DNA from: Nannocystis bainbridge
GTDB lineage: Bacteria > Myxococcota_A > Polyangia > Nannocystales > Nannocystaceae
Assembly (NCBI RefSeq): GCF_028368995.1
Contig: NZ_JAQNDL010000003.1
Span: 1,888,001 to 1,952,000 of the forward strand
Length of the DNA stretch: 64,000 nt
Reading direction: 5' to 3'
A model generated the notes under the pieces. The model saw only the letters and a program-made list of their open reading frames with translations, was not told the DNA's origin and did no database searches. A program made the position numbers and the translations under genes. Numbering within the stretch: the first letter of the stretch is position 1; every line of letters begins with the position of its first letter. Positions 28,220-38,807 of the stretch are shown here, piece by piece.

Positions 28220-31200
28220 ATGACCCCCGCTGCCATCCTCGACAAGCTCCTGCCCCGCTGGCGCACCAAGCTGTCGCCGAGCTACTCGCCCGAGTACATC
28301 GACGGCTTCATTCAGCGCAACCGCCCCATGCTCGAGGCCGTCGTCGCGCGCGCGATGATGCTGCGCCGGATCAAGCGCGGCGACCCGCCCAAGACGGCCG
28401 ATGAGTTCGCGGTCTACGCGAGGATCGTCGCGCGCGAGCGGCCGAAGGACGCGGAGCCCGACGCCGCCGTGGTCAAGCGCGTCCTGAAGCGCATGGACAA
28501 GATGCTCGCCCGCAAGGGGGACCCGGCCGGCCAGGAAGCCGCGGGCGCGTTTGGCGTCGAGTACGCCGAGCTCCGCGCCGAGGCGATTCTCCTGCGACGA
28601 GCTGGCTGGGACGCGGTCCCGCTGCTCCTGAGCCGACCCTCGCTGGCGCTCTTCTCCGCCGGCTCGGTCGTCGTCGTTCGCGACGCCCAGAAGTCGCTGC
28701 ACTTCCTCCCTGGCCTCGAGGACAGCGGGGAGAAGATCCGCGCCGATGTGGCGGAGGTGCAGAGGCGAGTCCTGCAGCTCCGTGACGGCATCGCCGACGC
28801 AGCCCGCTTCGATCGCTACGCCATGGCCCTGTGGACGCGCGCCCGCGCCGGTGGCACCTCGGCCACCCCCTTGCGCGAGGTCGAGACCCCGCCCGACCTG
28901 CGCGACAAGTCGTGGCGCACCGAGGCCAACCTCCAGGCGATGCGCCTCGTGCTGTCCAAAGAGCCAGGCGAGCTCACCGCCGAGGACCTCCAGGCCCTCG
29001 CGCAATATTCGGGCTGGGGCGGCCTGTCGATCGACAGCGTCAAGAAGATGCTCCCGCCCGAGCTCGTCCCCGAGTCCTTCGGCCTGATCCACGAGTATTA
29101 CACGCCCACGGCGATCACCGAGTCGATCGCCGAGACCTTGTGCCCCCTGTTGCCGGAGCTAGCCGGCAACGACGGCATTGTCCGAGCACTGGAACCCAGC
29201 GCGGGCGTCGGTCGCCTGATCCGCGCGTTCAGCCCACGCCGCTGCCTCGCGCTCGAGGCCGGCGGCCAGATCAAGAAGATTGCCTGGACGGCCGTCGAGT
29301 TCTCCAAGGTCAGCTCGACGCTGCTCCGCGCGCTGCGCCCCGACGTCGACCTCTACCACCTGCCCTTCGAGCGCTGGGTCCGCGATGAGGGCTCCCGCTA
29401 TCAGGGCACCTTCGGCCTCATTGTCTCCAACCCGCCCTACGGCGAGCGCGGCGCGATGGCCCGCGAGGATCCCGACGAATTCTACAAGGAGAAGCGCGCC
29501 TTCGCGTACTTCATGCGACGCGCGCTCGACCTCCTGGTCCCGGGCGGCGTTGGCGTGTTCCTGATCCCCGCCGGCTTCATGAGCGGCAACCTCAATCGCA
29601 ACCTGCGCGAGAAGCTGCTGCGTCGCCATCACCTGCTCGGCGCCTTCCGCCTGCCGAGTCACGATCGCAAGGGGCGCGAGACGGTCCCCGGTGCGTCGGT
29701 CGTGATGGACGTCGTCTTCTGGCGCAGCCGCGGCGGCGAGCTGACCGAGATCGACGAGGCCGATGACTTCATCCTCGACGGCGACTACTTCAAGCATCAC
29801 CCGGACCACGTCCTCGGAAAGGAGGACGGCTCGTTTGCCGGCGACGACGAGGCCGGCATGGCGCGGAGCTGGCGCTACAAGGTCACGGGCGACTTCAAGG
29901 GTCTGCCTCCGCTCGAGCCGCGGCCCGTCTGCACCGCCTGCGTGCTCACGTCGATCGTGCAGCGCGACGATGTCGGTACATTTCAAACGGTCGCGCGCGA
30001 GGACGACGGCATCCCCGCCGACGTCGACGACGATTTGCGCCCGGCGCTCGAGCTCGGCCGCCGCGTCGGCCGCTACCTCGCCGCTGTCGGCGCCGACGAG
30101 GCCGACAGGGCCGCGCAGCTCTGGCCCGAGCTCCACACGGCGCTCCGCGACTTCTCCGCGAGCTTTGGGAACCCCTGGCGCTCCAAGCCCCTGCGCGAAC
30201 TCGCCGAGGGCCGCCGCAAGCTCGCCATGGCCCAGCAGGTCCTCAACGCCTTCGAAAAGACCGGCAGCGTCGTCCCCGCGCTGCGCGAGGCCCCGGTGGT
30301 CGCGCCGAAGTTCTCCGGCCAACCCGACGATGTCATCGCCCAGGCCGAGGGGCTCTATCGCCAGCAGCGCGCCCTGACCGTCGCGCAGCTCATGAGCTTC
30401 CATCAGCGCCAGGGCGGCACTCTCTCGACCGAAGCCACCCTCGCGGCTCTCCTCGCCGCCGGCTGGAACCTCGACGGTGATGCGTGGGATCAGCTCCTCC
30501 CGAGCGACGCCTACCTGACCGGCAACGATCTGTGGGAGCGCCACGACCGCGCCGTCGAGCGTGCCCAACGCGGCGACGAGCAGGCCAAGGTGCAGGTCCG
30601 CCGGTTGCTCGAGGCGATCAAGCCCGCTGTCTTCGATGACCTCACCGATATCAGCCCCCAACACGGCTACGTCCCGCTGGACCTCGTCGCCGGCTGGATG
30701 TCCGCGACGTTGAACGGTCGCTACGGCGCCATCGAGCTCGAACGTAAGGGCGGCTTCGTGCAGGTCCGCGGCCACGACTACACGGCCGAGGACCTGCCCC
30801 CGATGGCGCCGGAGACCCTCGCGTTCCTCGGCTACTACAATCACGACCCCGAGCTTTTCCGGCCGCCGCAGGAGAAGCGGGAGCGCGACGCCGGGCCTAC
30901 GACCCGCGAGGATCGGGCCGCCAAGAAGCAGAGCCTCGCCGAGCGGCGGATGGCCCTGGCGAAGAAGTGGGACGAGTCGTTCAAGGCTTGGATCGCCGCC
31001 GACGAAGCCCGACGCGAGCAGCTCGTCCACGCCTACAACCGGATCGCGCGCGGCCGCGTCGTCCCGACCTTCTCGCCCGAGCCCCTCGACATCGTCCGCT
31101 GGGGCTCGCACGCGCCGAAGCTCAAGCCACACCAGATCGCCGGCGCACGTCGCGTGCTCGCGCAGCGTGGCGGCCTCGTCGCCTTCGACGTCGGCGTCGG

Positions 31201-34200
31201 CAAGACCTACACCGCCTTGGCGATCATCGCCCGCGCGCGCCAGGAGGGCTGGGTCCGCCGCCCGGTAATCCTCGTGCCCGGCTCGCTCGTGTGGAAGTGG
31301 CACGACGACATACTTTGCACATTGCCCGACTACCGCGTCGTGGTGATCGGCTCGAAGCGCAAGCGGATCACGCGCGGCGTCCGAAAGGACGTCATCACCT
31401 CCGAGACCGACACCCCGCAGGAGCGGGCAAAGAAGTGGATCGCGCTCCAGACCGGTCAGGCCGACGTCGCCGTGCTCAGCTACGACGCGCTCGCGCGGAC
31501 CAAGATGAACGAGGGCGCGGTGATGGCCTACGTCGAGCAGGTCGAGGCCGTCTCGCGGTCGATCGCCCTCCGCAAGCGGACGCTCGAGGAAAAGACGAAG
31601 AACGCCAAGCAGCGCGACAAGCTGACCGAGCGCGAACGGGCGCTGCTCGAGCATGGCGTGCGCGCGTGGGTCGAGGAGATCCTCGCGCTGCCCTCCGACT
31701 GGGAGTACGACCCTGGCGTCGCATGGGACGAGCTCGGCATCGACATGCTCGTGATCGACGAAGCCGCCGCATTCAAGAACCTCTACAAGCCGCAGGCTCG
31801 CGAGGACGGGGTGCCGAAGTTCATGGGCGGCGGCGGCGAGGGCTCCGACCGCGCCTGGCAGGTCGACTTCCGCGCGGCCGCCGTGCGCCGCCAGACCGGC
31901 GGCGCCGGCATCGTCCTGCTCACCGCCACGCCCGCGAAGAACAGCCCGCTCGAGTTCTACAACCTGATCCAGTTCATCGACCCCGCCGCCTTCACCCGGG
32001 CCGGCATCCGCGACCCCGAGCAGTTCATCGATCGGTTCCTCAAGATCGAGTACCGCGAGGTCCTCGACGCCGCCTTCGACGTCACGAAGAGGAGCGCCGT
32101 CACCGGCTTCAAGAACCTCGATGACCTCCGCACGATCATCTTCACCTACGGCGAGTTCCGCACCGCCGCCGAAGTCGGCCTCAAGCTGCCGCGCCCGCTG
32201 GTCGAGACCCTCACGATCACGATGGACGAGGAGCAGGAGGCGAAGTACGCCCGCTACGTCGCGCAGATCGAGCGCATTCTGGAGAACCCGAACCCTGAAG
32301 GGGGAGAGAGCTACGCGATCCTCGGCCTCCTCGCGCGCCTGTCGCTGATCGCTTTGCACGCGTCGCTCGAGGACGGCTACAGCTACAAGACCGCGCTCGA
32401 GGGCGGCACGGTCCAGAAGCGCGTCTATCAAGACGGCGAGCCCGTCGACGTCTCTGTCCGGCTCAGTCGCCCGACCTACGAGAGCCCGAAGCTGACCGAA
32501 TGCGCGAAGCGGGTCGCAGCGAGCCCGCACTGCGGCCACATCATCTTCTGCGAGCCGACGGCGGTCCACCAGTGGATGCGCGAGGTCCTGGTGAAGCACG
32601 GAATCCCGCGCGAGCGGATCGCCATCCTCAACGCCGAGGAGACCGCCCCCGCCGACCGGATCCGGATCGCCCGCGAGTTCAACGGTCTTTCCTCGGAGCC
32701 CCCCGCACCCGGCACGTGCGCGCGCCCCACCGACAGCGCCATCGCGCCGAAGTACGACGTCGTCATCGCCAACTCGGTCGCCTACGAGGGCATCGACCTG
32801 CAGGTCCGGACCTGCACCATCCACCACCTCGATCTGCCCTGGACCCCCGCCGACCTCGAGCAGCGCAACGGCCGGGCCGTGCGCCAGGGCAACACGCTCG
32901 GCACCGTCCAGATCTTCTACTACTTCGCCGACGGCTCGACCGATGGCTACCGATTCTCGCTCATCGATGGCAAGGCCGGCTGGCTCGGTGAGCTGATCAA
33001 GTCGCAGGTCCGCGACACCAACAACCCCGCGGCGCAGCAGCAACTCACGCCCGAGGACATCTTGTTGATGATCTCGCGCAACAAGGAGAAGACGCGCGCG
33101 TTGCTCGAGGAAAAGCGGAAGCGCCAGGCCGAGGAGGCACGCGCCAGGATCGCCAAGGAGGCCGCGCGTCTGCTGCGGCAGGCGGCAGGCCGCTTCCGCG
33201 ACGCTCGCACGAGCGCCGACCCGGAGCGCGCCGCCCGTCTGCGCGATGAGGGTGAACAGCGCCTCGCCGACCTCGAGCAAGTCAGCCCGGACGCGTGGCC
33301 GTGGGCGCCGTGGATGTACGCGGTCCGCGACGCGGACATGATCATCCCCGAGAACGGTGGCGCACCGGTCTACGAGGGTCTGCGCGTCGCCCGGCCCCGC
33401 GCCGGTGCGCCGGACCAGCTCGACTATCTCGAGTTCGGCCAGATCGTCAGCACCGACGAGGGCGACAAGATCGGTCTGCGAGCCGCGGGCTCGCCGGGCT
33501 GGCAGCTCATCGCCTACACCGGCACGCTCAATGGAACGCCCATCGCCGCCCGCGAGCTCCCGCGCGATGGCGGCCCGCTGTGGCCCGACGACGACGACGC
33601 GCGCACAGGCGCCGCGATCGAGAAGAAGATCGACGAGGTCTTTCGCTACGGCCGATTCGAGAGCCTGCGCTGGCGCGGCGCCAGCGACACCTGGCTGGAG
33701 AAGTGGTGGCCGCGCTTCGAGACGCCAATCACGGAGGGCCTCGCGCGGTCGCACCAGCGTGAGCAGGTGCCCGTGGTCGACGCCGAGGGTCTGGCGATCG
33801 CTACGGGCGCGGAGCTCCGCGGCGCCTCGATCGTCCCGCCAACCCGCGCCGGCTGGCAGGGCTTCCTCGAACTCGCCCCGTCGAGCGGCGAGAGTTTTAC
33901 CAACCTGAAGGACATCGGCCTGGCCTGGTGGGGCCGCAAGGTCCCGCAGGACCTGCTCTCGAAGGAGCGCAACTTCCTGCGCCGCTTGATCGTGCCACAC
34001 CTGCTGGACGATCCCGCGTACCGCAACGCCCGGGAGAACTCCGACCCCCAGAACGCGCGCATCGAAAACGACAAAGCGCTCGGTCGCGTGATGCTGGCCC
34101 TCTTCAACGAGGACCCCGAGGCTCACGGCGAGCTCTACCGCCGCTTCTCCGACGACGAGGCATTCCGCCGCTCGCTGCACGAACAAGCCTTCGCCGAGAC

Positions 34201-36439
34201 CTACTCGACGAGCGAAAAACAACGGCAGGGCGCATCAGGGAGCGAAGCGGCTGGACCCGAGAACGTCGACCAGCGCGTGGCCGACCTCCCGCCTGCGACG
34301 ACCGAAGAGACTCGCCCACGTGCGGGACAGGCTGCCGCCAAACAGCTCGCGCGCAGACTTCGGGCCTTGCTGAGCGGCGTCAAGATCGGGCGCTTCCGGT
34401 ATCATACGCCGCATAGCGAGGCGAGCGGGGACGAAGTCGAGATTGACTTCGTGGGCGAATCGCCGGACGCACCGATTCTCACCCTGCGCGCAGCGCCCCG
34501 GCAGGGCAGCGAGATCGATCTCCGGGGCGAACTCGCCGACGAAGACGGCGAGCTCGTCGCCAGCTTCGGCTGGATCGCCATTGAGCTCCGGGATCTTATC
34601 GCCATGAAAGAGACCTCGTTCGCGCACTGGTTCGGTATGCCCGTCGTCGCCGAGCCGAGGCTGTCGCCCGTGATGCGCGAGGCCCTCGCTGCCCTCCGCG
34701 CCGAGGAGGAAGCAAAGCCCTATGACATGTACTTCTGGCCAGGTGTCCATGATGCGACCCGGGACAGCCTGATCGCCCGTGGACTGGTAGAAGCCCTGGA
34801 GAACAAGAAGGGCGGAGCCCCCCACTTCAGGACGACCGCGGCGGGCCGGGCCAAGCTGACCGAAATCGGAAGCCCAGCGGCAGCACCTGCCAGCGCGCCG
34901 CCCGTGAGCGACTCCGGCCAGCCCTACGAAGAGGCCCGCAGCGCGATCAAGGCGCTGGGCTTGCCGATCAAGAAGTACGCGTACTACGTCACCCAGGCCG
35001 AGACCGCGGTCGCCAGCGGCAAGAGCTACCTGCCGATCGTCGAGCGGGCGCGCAAGACCGCCGAGAAGCTCAAAGGCGACAGCGGCCACAGCAAGCCGAG
35101 GAGCCGCGTGGTTCCGCAAACCACAGGCTCCCGCCAACGGCTCGTCGACGTCGTGCTCGACACCTTCAACGCCTCGCCGCGCTGGCGCCTCGCGCAGCTC
35201 CGCACGCGCCCCAACGGCCACGTGCTCGTCGTGTACCCCGAGGGCCGCGACCCGGACGCCGCTGTCGCCGCCATCGACATCATCGATGAGAACGTCGACG
35301 ACGTCCGCTGGCTCGATACCCGGACCCCGCAGGCCGAGCAAGACACGATTCTTGAGCGCCTGGATCGTGCTCTGTGGGCCGCTTTCGAGGTCCGTGAGGA
35401 AGAAGCGACCGATGAGGACGAGAATGGTCAACAGAAGACCGCGATCCCCTCGCCGATCCAGGGGCTCATTGACATGATGGAGCGTCGCAGCCTGTCGCTC
35501 GGCGCGCGCCGGGATGCGAGCAAGGACACCGCTCGCACCGACGGGCACCAGCAGATCGCAGAAGCTCTGCGAGACCTCGCCGAGCCTGCGTGGCTCACCG
35601 CCGACGAGCTCGAGCGCTGGCTCGAGACCGAACGGCTCATGGACGCCGCCCTCGTGCTGCGCCGCTCGCCGGACGCCTCGCCGCGAGAGCTCCTCGCCAG
35701 GCTGTGGGCTGAGGTTCTGCGCGAGCTTCCGCTCGACGAGGTCAAGGTGGTGGAGCCCAACGATGAAGTGCTCGTCCCCGAGGGAGTGGTGTTCGGTGAC
35801 ATGAGAAAGGAATTTGTCCTCGAACGTGCCGACGATCGTGGCCGCGCGTCGCTCCGCCGGATCCCCATCGGCATGACCGTGCATCTGCTCGTGAATTCGC
35901 CGATGGAGCACGCCGAGGCAGAACGCCGCAGAGCGTTTCGGCCGACCGTCGAGCGCGCGGATGACGAGCGCATGCTCTCGTTCGAGCACACGGGCGCTCT
36001 CGATCCCAGGTCGCTTGTGCATCGTCGCGTACGCGACGCACGATTCATCACCGAGCTCTATCAAAAGATCGGCGACTTCCACGACGGCCTCCTCCGGGCC
36101 CCCGACACCCTTCGGGACGTCCGCGTGTTGCTCTACTGGGCCGCCATGATGCTTGGTGCGCCGCTCTGCCAGGGCACCGCCAAGGCGCGCGCGACCGTCG
36201 CCTTCGAGCAGGCCAAGGCGTATTACGACACCGCCCGCAGCCGGATGATTGAGGGCAGCACCGCCGACGCCGTCCGACGCATGCACGAGGCTCTGCGACG
36301 CATCAGCGCTGCGGCGGCCGAGATAGCAAAGAGCTGCGGCGAAGGGCAGATCGACATCACCGTGACACCGCCGCACCTGCCGGTACGGCCCGAGGACAAG
36401 GCCGCGATCGAGGGCGGCGAGGGGGAGGTGAGACCATGA
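28220..36439 (+). CDS. DarB-like giant N6-adenine DNA methylase / SF2 (SNF2-like) helicase fusion, 2739 aa
   Basis: YSGWGG, EYYTP, LEPSAGVG, NPPY (MTase); FDVGVGKT, VIDEAAAFKN, TATP, EQRNGRAVRQGN (helicase); RBS GGAG before ATG 28220. Confidence 0.92.
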   Translation: MTPAAILDKLLPRWRTKLSPSYSPEYIDGFIQRNRPMLEAVVARAMMLRRIKRGDPPKTADEFAVYARIVARERPKDAEPDAAVVKRVLKRMDKMLARKGDPAGQEAAGAFGVEYAELRAEAILLRRAGWDAVPLLLSRPSLALFSAGSVVVVRDAQKSLHFLPGLEDSGEKIRADVAEVQRRVLQLRDGIADAARFDRYAMALWTRARAGGTSATPLREVETPPDLRDKSWRTEANLQAMRLVLSKEPGELTAEDLQALAQYSGWGGLSIDSVKKMLPPELVPESFGLIHEYYTPTAITESIAETLCPLLPELAGNDGIVRALEPSAGVGRLIRAFSPRRCLALEAGGQIKKIAWTAVEFSKVSSTLLRALRPDVDLYHLPFERWVRDEGSRYQGTFGLIVSNPPYGERGAMAREDPDEFYKEKRAFAYFMRRALDLLVPGGVGVFLIPAGFMSGNLNRNLREKLLRRHHLLGAFRLPSHDRKGRETVPGASVVMDVVFWRSRGGELTEIDEADDFILDGDYFKHHPDHVLGKEDGSFAGDDEAGMARSWRYKVTGDFKGLPPLEPRPVCTACVLTSIVQRDDVGTFQTVAREDDGIPADVDDDLRPALELGRRVGRYLAAVGADEADRAAQLWPELHTALRDFSASFGNPWRSKPLRELAEGRRKLAMAQQVLNAFEKTGSVVPALREAPVVAPKFSGQPDDVIAQAEGLYRQQRALTVAQLMSFHQRQGGTLSTEATLAALLAAGWNLDGDAWDQLLPSDAYLTGNDLWERHDRAVERAQRGDEQAKVQVRRLLEAIKPAVFDDLTDISPQHGYVPLDLVAGWMSATLNGRYGAIELERKGGFVQVRGHDYTAEDLPPMAPETLAFLGYYNHDPELFRPPQEKRERDAGPTTREDRAAKKQSLAERRMALAKKWDESFKAWIAADEARREQLVHAYNRIARGRVVPTFSPEPLDIVRWGSHAPKLKPHQIAGARRVLAQRGGLVAFDVGVGKTYTALAIIARARQEGWVRRPVILVPGSLVWKWHDDILCTLPDYRVVVIGSKRKRITRGVRKDVITSETDTPQERAKKWIALQTGQADVAVLSYDALARTKMNEGAVMAYVEQVEAVSRSIALRKRTLEEKTKNAKQRDKLTERERALLEHGVRAWVEEILALPSDWEYDPGVAWDELGIDMLVIDEAAAFKNLYKPQAREDGVPKFMGGGGEGSDRAWQVDFRAAAVRRQTGGAGIVLLTATPAKNSPLEFYNLIQFIDPAAFTRAGIRDPEQFIDRFLKIEYREVLDAAFDVTKRSAVTGFKNLDDLRTIIFTYGEFRTAAEVGLKLPRPLVETLTITMDEEQEAKYARYVAQIERILENPNPEGGESYAILGLLARLSLIALHASLEDGYSYKTALEGGTVQKRVYQDGEPVDVSVRLSRPTYESPKLTECAKRVAASPHCGHIIFCEPTAVHQWMREVLVKHGIPRERIAILNAEETAPADRIRIAREFNGLSSEPPAPGTCARPTDSAIAPKYDVVIANSVAYEGIDLQVRTCTIHHLDLPWTPADLEQRNGRAVRQGNTLGTVQIFYYFADGSTDGYRFSLIDGKAGWLGELIKSQVRDTNNPAAQQQLTPEDILLMISRNKEKTRALLEEKRKRQAEEARARIAKEAARLLRQAAGRFRDARTSADPERAARLRDEGEQRLADLEQVSPDAWPWAPWMYAVRDADMIIPENGGAPVYEGLRVARPRAGAPDQLDYLEFGQIVSTDEGDKIGLRAAGSPGWQLIAYTGTLNGTPIAARELPRDGGPLWPDDDDARTGAAIEKKIDEVFRYGRFESLRWRGASDTWLEKWWPRFETPITEGLARSHQREQVPVVDAEGLAIATGAELRGASIVPPTRAGWQGFLELAPSSGESFTNLKDIGLAWWGRKVPQDLLSKERNFLRRLIVPHLLDDPAYRNARENSDPQNARIENDKALGRVMLALFNEDPEAHGELYRRFSDDEAFRRSLHEQAFAETYSTSEKQRQGASGSEAAGPENVDQRVADLPPATTEETRPRAGQAAAKQLARRLRALLSGVKIGRFRYHTPHSEASGDEVEIDFVGESPDAPILTLRAAPRQGSEIDLRGELADEDGELVASFGWIAIELRDLIAMKETSFAHWFGMPVVAEPRLSPVMREALAALRAEEEAKPYDMYFWPGVHDATRDSLIARGLVEALENKKGGAPHFRTTAAGRAKLTEIGSPAAAPASAPPVSDSGQPYEEARSAIKALGLPIKKYAYYVTQAETAVASGKSYLPIVERARKTAEKLKGDSGHSKPRSRVVPQTTGSRQRLVDVVLDTFNASPRWRLAQLRTRPNGHVLVVYPEGRDPDAAVAAIDIIDENVDDVRWLDTRTPQAEQDTILERLDRALWAAFEVREEEATDEDENGQQKTAIPSPIQGLIDMMERRSLSLGARRDASKDTARTDGHQQIAEALRDLAEPAWLTADELERWLETERLMDAALVLRRSPDASPRELLARLWAEVLRELPLDEVKVVEPNDEVLVPEGVVFGDMRKEFVLERADDRGRASLRRIPIGMTVHLLVNSPMEHAEAERRRAFRPTVERADDERMLSFEHTGALDPRSLVHRRVRDARFITELYQKIGDFHDGLLRAPDTLRDVRVLLYWAAMMLGAPLCQGTAKARATVAFEQAKAYYDTARSRMIEGSTADAVRRMHEALRRISAAAAEIAKSCGEGQIDITVTPPHLPVRPEDKAAIEGGEGEVRP

Positions 36440-36630
36440 CCGAGCAACAGTTCATGCAGCGGACGCAGGAGCGGCTTGAGCAGCTCCGTGACGAGCAAAG
36501 GCGCCTCCATGAGCGGCTGGCGACCGACCTCAGGCAGATGCAGGGCCTGCGGACGGGCCTCGGCATCCTCGCGGGTACCCTCGCGCTGGGCCTCGGCCTG
36601 AGCGTCGGCTACCAGATCGGGAGGCGATGA
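36436..36630 (+). CDS. Small coiled-coil protein with C-terminal TM
   Basis: ATGA overlap; TM followed by RR. Confidence 0.75.
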   Translation: MTEQQFMQRTQERLEQLRDEQRRLHERLATDLRQMQGLRTGLGILAGTLALGLGLSVGYQIGRR

Positions 36631-36631
36631 G

Positions 36632-36838
36632 ATGGCCGAAGCACTCATCAAGTCGCAGTCGGAGGTCGACAACGTGCTGTTCGACGCGACGGAACAGCAG
36701 CGAACGTTTGACCTCAATTACGGCGACGCCATCGATAAGCTCAGGCGCAAGCTCGTTCACGAGGTCACGATCGCAACGACGGTGGGACTCGTGCTCGGGG
36801 GTCTCGTCGGGACGATTGTCGGCCTGAGGAGGCGCTGA
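36632..36838 (+). CDS. Small protein with C-terminal TM
   Basis: RBS GGAGG; TM followed by RRR. Confidence 0.75.
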   Translation: MAEALIKSQSEVDNVLFDATEQQRTFDLNYGDAIDKLRRKLVHEVTIATTVGLVLGGLVGTIVGLRRR

Positions 36839-36840
36839 CC

Positions 36841-37734
36841 ATGGCTCGCTCATCCGAGTGGGAGAAGCTGGAGATGGCGCAGGGCGACCCGAAACCCGCG
36901 TGGCCGCTGCCGACGGTGACGCCGAAGTTTGCGACCTGGAGCGTCGGCGGCGGCAGACCCTACGGTTGCGAGACCGACAAGTGCGAGCGATGGCACGCAG
37001 GCGTCGATCTCACCGGCGCACCGGATGGCGCGCTGATCCTTGCGCCCGAGGACGCGGTGGTCGCCGGCATCGATCGCGGCTGGAGCGAGGGCTCCAAGGC
37101 GGCGTTTTTGCGCACCAGCTCGGGCCTGTTCGTCGTGCTCGGGGGCTTCAAGACCGGCTCGCACAAGGAATACGGCATCACGACCGGCCAGCAGGTTCGC
37201 AAGGGCGACAAGCTCGGGCGCGTACTCGGATCCTACGGGATGATTCACCTCGAGACCTACGTCGCCGAGACGCGCACTGCGAACTCCGTGTGGTGGAGGA
37301 CCGAGCCGCCACCGGACGGTCTGCTGAATCCGACCAACTACGTCGAGCGGATGGTCGGGGACAAGGTGTCGCTGCTCCAGACGCGGCAACGACACGAGGC
37401 GCTCAAGACCCTCGGCTACTACAGGGGCGACGTCGGCGCGACGTGGGGCGCGACTTCCACCGAGGCGCTTCGAGCGGCACAGACGGCTCTGGGGAGCGGC
37501 GTCGACGGCAAGTGGGGCCCCGAGACCGAGGACGCGATCCAGCGCGCCCTGGGCAAGCTCCAGGGCTGCTCCGCCGACGAGTGCAGCCCCTCCAGCGGCG
37601 GCGGGGTCACAGGCGGTACGAGCTCGGATCCTCTGAGCGCCGTCGGCCGACTCGGCTGGTGGATCATCGGCGGGGCTACTGTCGCCGGCGTCGCCGTCGG
37701 TCTGGCGATCGCGATGCGAGCGCGCGAGGAGTAG
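36841..37734 (+). CDS. M23-family peptidase with peptidoglycan-binding domain and C-terminal TM
   Basis: WHAGVDL, V.KGD.LG, IHLE (M23); LKTLGY..G..G..ST.ALRAAQ..VDGKWGPET (PG_binding_1). Confidence 0.85.
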   Translation: MARSSEWEKLEMAQGDPKPAWPLPTVTPKFATWSVGGGRPYGCETDKCERWHAGVDLTGAPDGALILAPEDAVVAGIDRGWSEGSKAAFLRTSSGLFVVLGGFKTGSHKEYGITTGQQVRKGDKLGRVLGSYGMIHLETYVAETRTANSVWWRTEPPPDGLLNPTNYVERMVGDKVSLLQTRQRHEALKTLGYYRGDVGATWGATSTEALRAAQTALGSGVDGKWGPETEDAIQRALGKLQGCSADECSPSSGGGVTGGTSSDPLSAVGRLGWWIIGGATVAGVAVGLAIAMRAREE

Positions 37735-37765
37735 CGCGTGCCTCGCAGATGGATGGAGGACAGAC

Positions 37766-38119
37766 ATGGATAAACAGCACCGCACGCCTATCTGCTCGAC
37801 CGACCTGTCGGCGTTCTCCTGCCCGCAGCCCGAGCTCCTCGTCGGCGTCTTGAGCAAGCACCCGACGCTCGCTCCCCTCCTGCTGCAGATCGCGGAGCAA
37901 GTCCCGCGGTTCTTCAGGAGAGACGCCGTCAAGCAACTTCGACTGCGCCCCAGCTCCGGGACATACACCGCCGTGGACGACGGCGTGGTGGTGGAGATCG
38001 TCGTAGCCGCAGATGATCCAGACGCCGACGAATCACTGGACCGATTCGACGAGGAGTGGTGGTTCGATGCATCGGGGCGATGCACCGCCGAGACCGTCGT
38101 CGACATCCGCAGGGAATGA
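37766..38119 (+). CDS. Hypothetical protein (LDRFDEEWW motif)
   Basis: RBS GGAGG; acidic 117-aa ORF. Confidence 0.65.
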   Translation: MDKQHRTPICSTDLSAFSCPQPELLVGVLSKHPTLAPLLLQIAEQVPRFFRRDAVKQLRLRPSSGTYTAVDDGVVVEIVVAADDPDADESLDRFDEEWWFDASGRCTAETVVDIRRE

Positions 38120-38129
38120 GGTATTGGCT

Positions 38130-38807
38130 ATGAACCGTGCGATCCTCGTCACCACCCTCGTCACCAGCTCCGCGCTGATCGGCGCTGGCTATCTCCTGCG
38201 CAGCCGGCCGCGGGCACGAGCGCTGCCGTCCAGCATCATCCCGATCGTTACGCCGGTGATCGACGTCCGCGTGGCGGAGGACGTGCTCGGGGTGATGGAG
38301 CAGCTCCGCGGAGACGAGGTCACGCTGCTCCTGCACACCGTCGGCGGATGCGTGACGTCGTGCGTGATGATCGCCAACGCGTTGCGGGAGTTCGAGCGCT
38401 CGACGGCGATCGTCCCCTACATGGCGCTCTCGGGCGGCACGCTGCTCGCCCTCAACGCACGGCAGCTCCAGATGGGCCGCAGCGCGTCGTTGTCGGCTGT
38501 CGATCCGATCGTCAGCGGACAGCGGGCCCGGCACTTGCTCGACGACGAACCGCCGAACGGGATTGCCGCGCTCGCACGTGAGTACGAGGTCGCCATGGCC
38601 CGCTACGTCCGCGACACGCTGACCGCGCGGCTGCCCGGCGCGAGCGAGGCCGCGCTCGAGCGCGCGATGGGCGTGTTCATGGGGGAGCACGCGCCGCACG
38701 AATGGCCGGTCCGCCGGCCCGAGGTCGAGGCGCTCGGTCTTCCGGTCGGCCCCTCGGCGCGCTCGTGGGCCGAGATGGTCGATGCGTATCGAAAGAGGTG
38801 GTGGTGA
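38130..38807 (+). CDS. SDH-family Clp-fold serine protease with N-terminal TM
   Basis: LLLHTVGG, IVPYMALSGGTLLAL, LSAVDP, HEWP. Confidence 0.85.
   Translation: MNRAILVTTLVTSSALIGAGYLLRSRPRARALPSSIIPIVTPVIDVRVAEDVLGVMEQLRGDEVTLLLHTVGGCVTSCVMIANALREFERSTAIVPYMALSGGTLLALNARQLQMGRSASLSAVDPIVSGQRARHLLDDEPPNGIAALAREYEVAMARYVRDTLTARLPGASEAALERAMGVFMGEHAPHEWPVRRPEVEALGLPVGPSARSWAEMVDAYRKRWW

Noticed and set aside
29159-36376. 1687-aa and 713-aa minus-strand ORFs, and similar long shadow ORFs elsewhere (e.g. 45071-48364, 59438-62269)
   Set aside because: High-GC artefacts opposite or overlapping genes with clear motifs.
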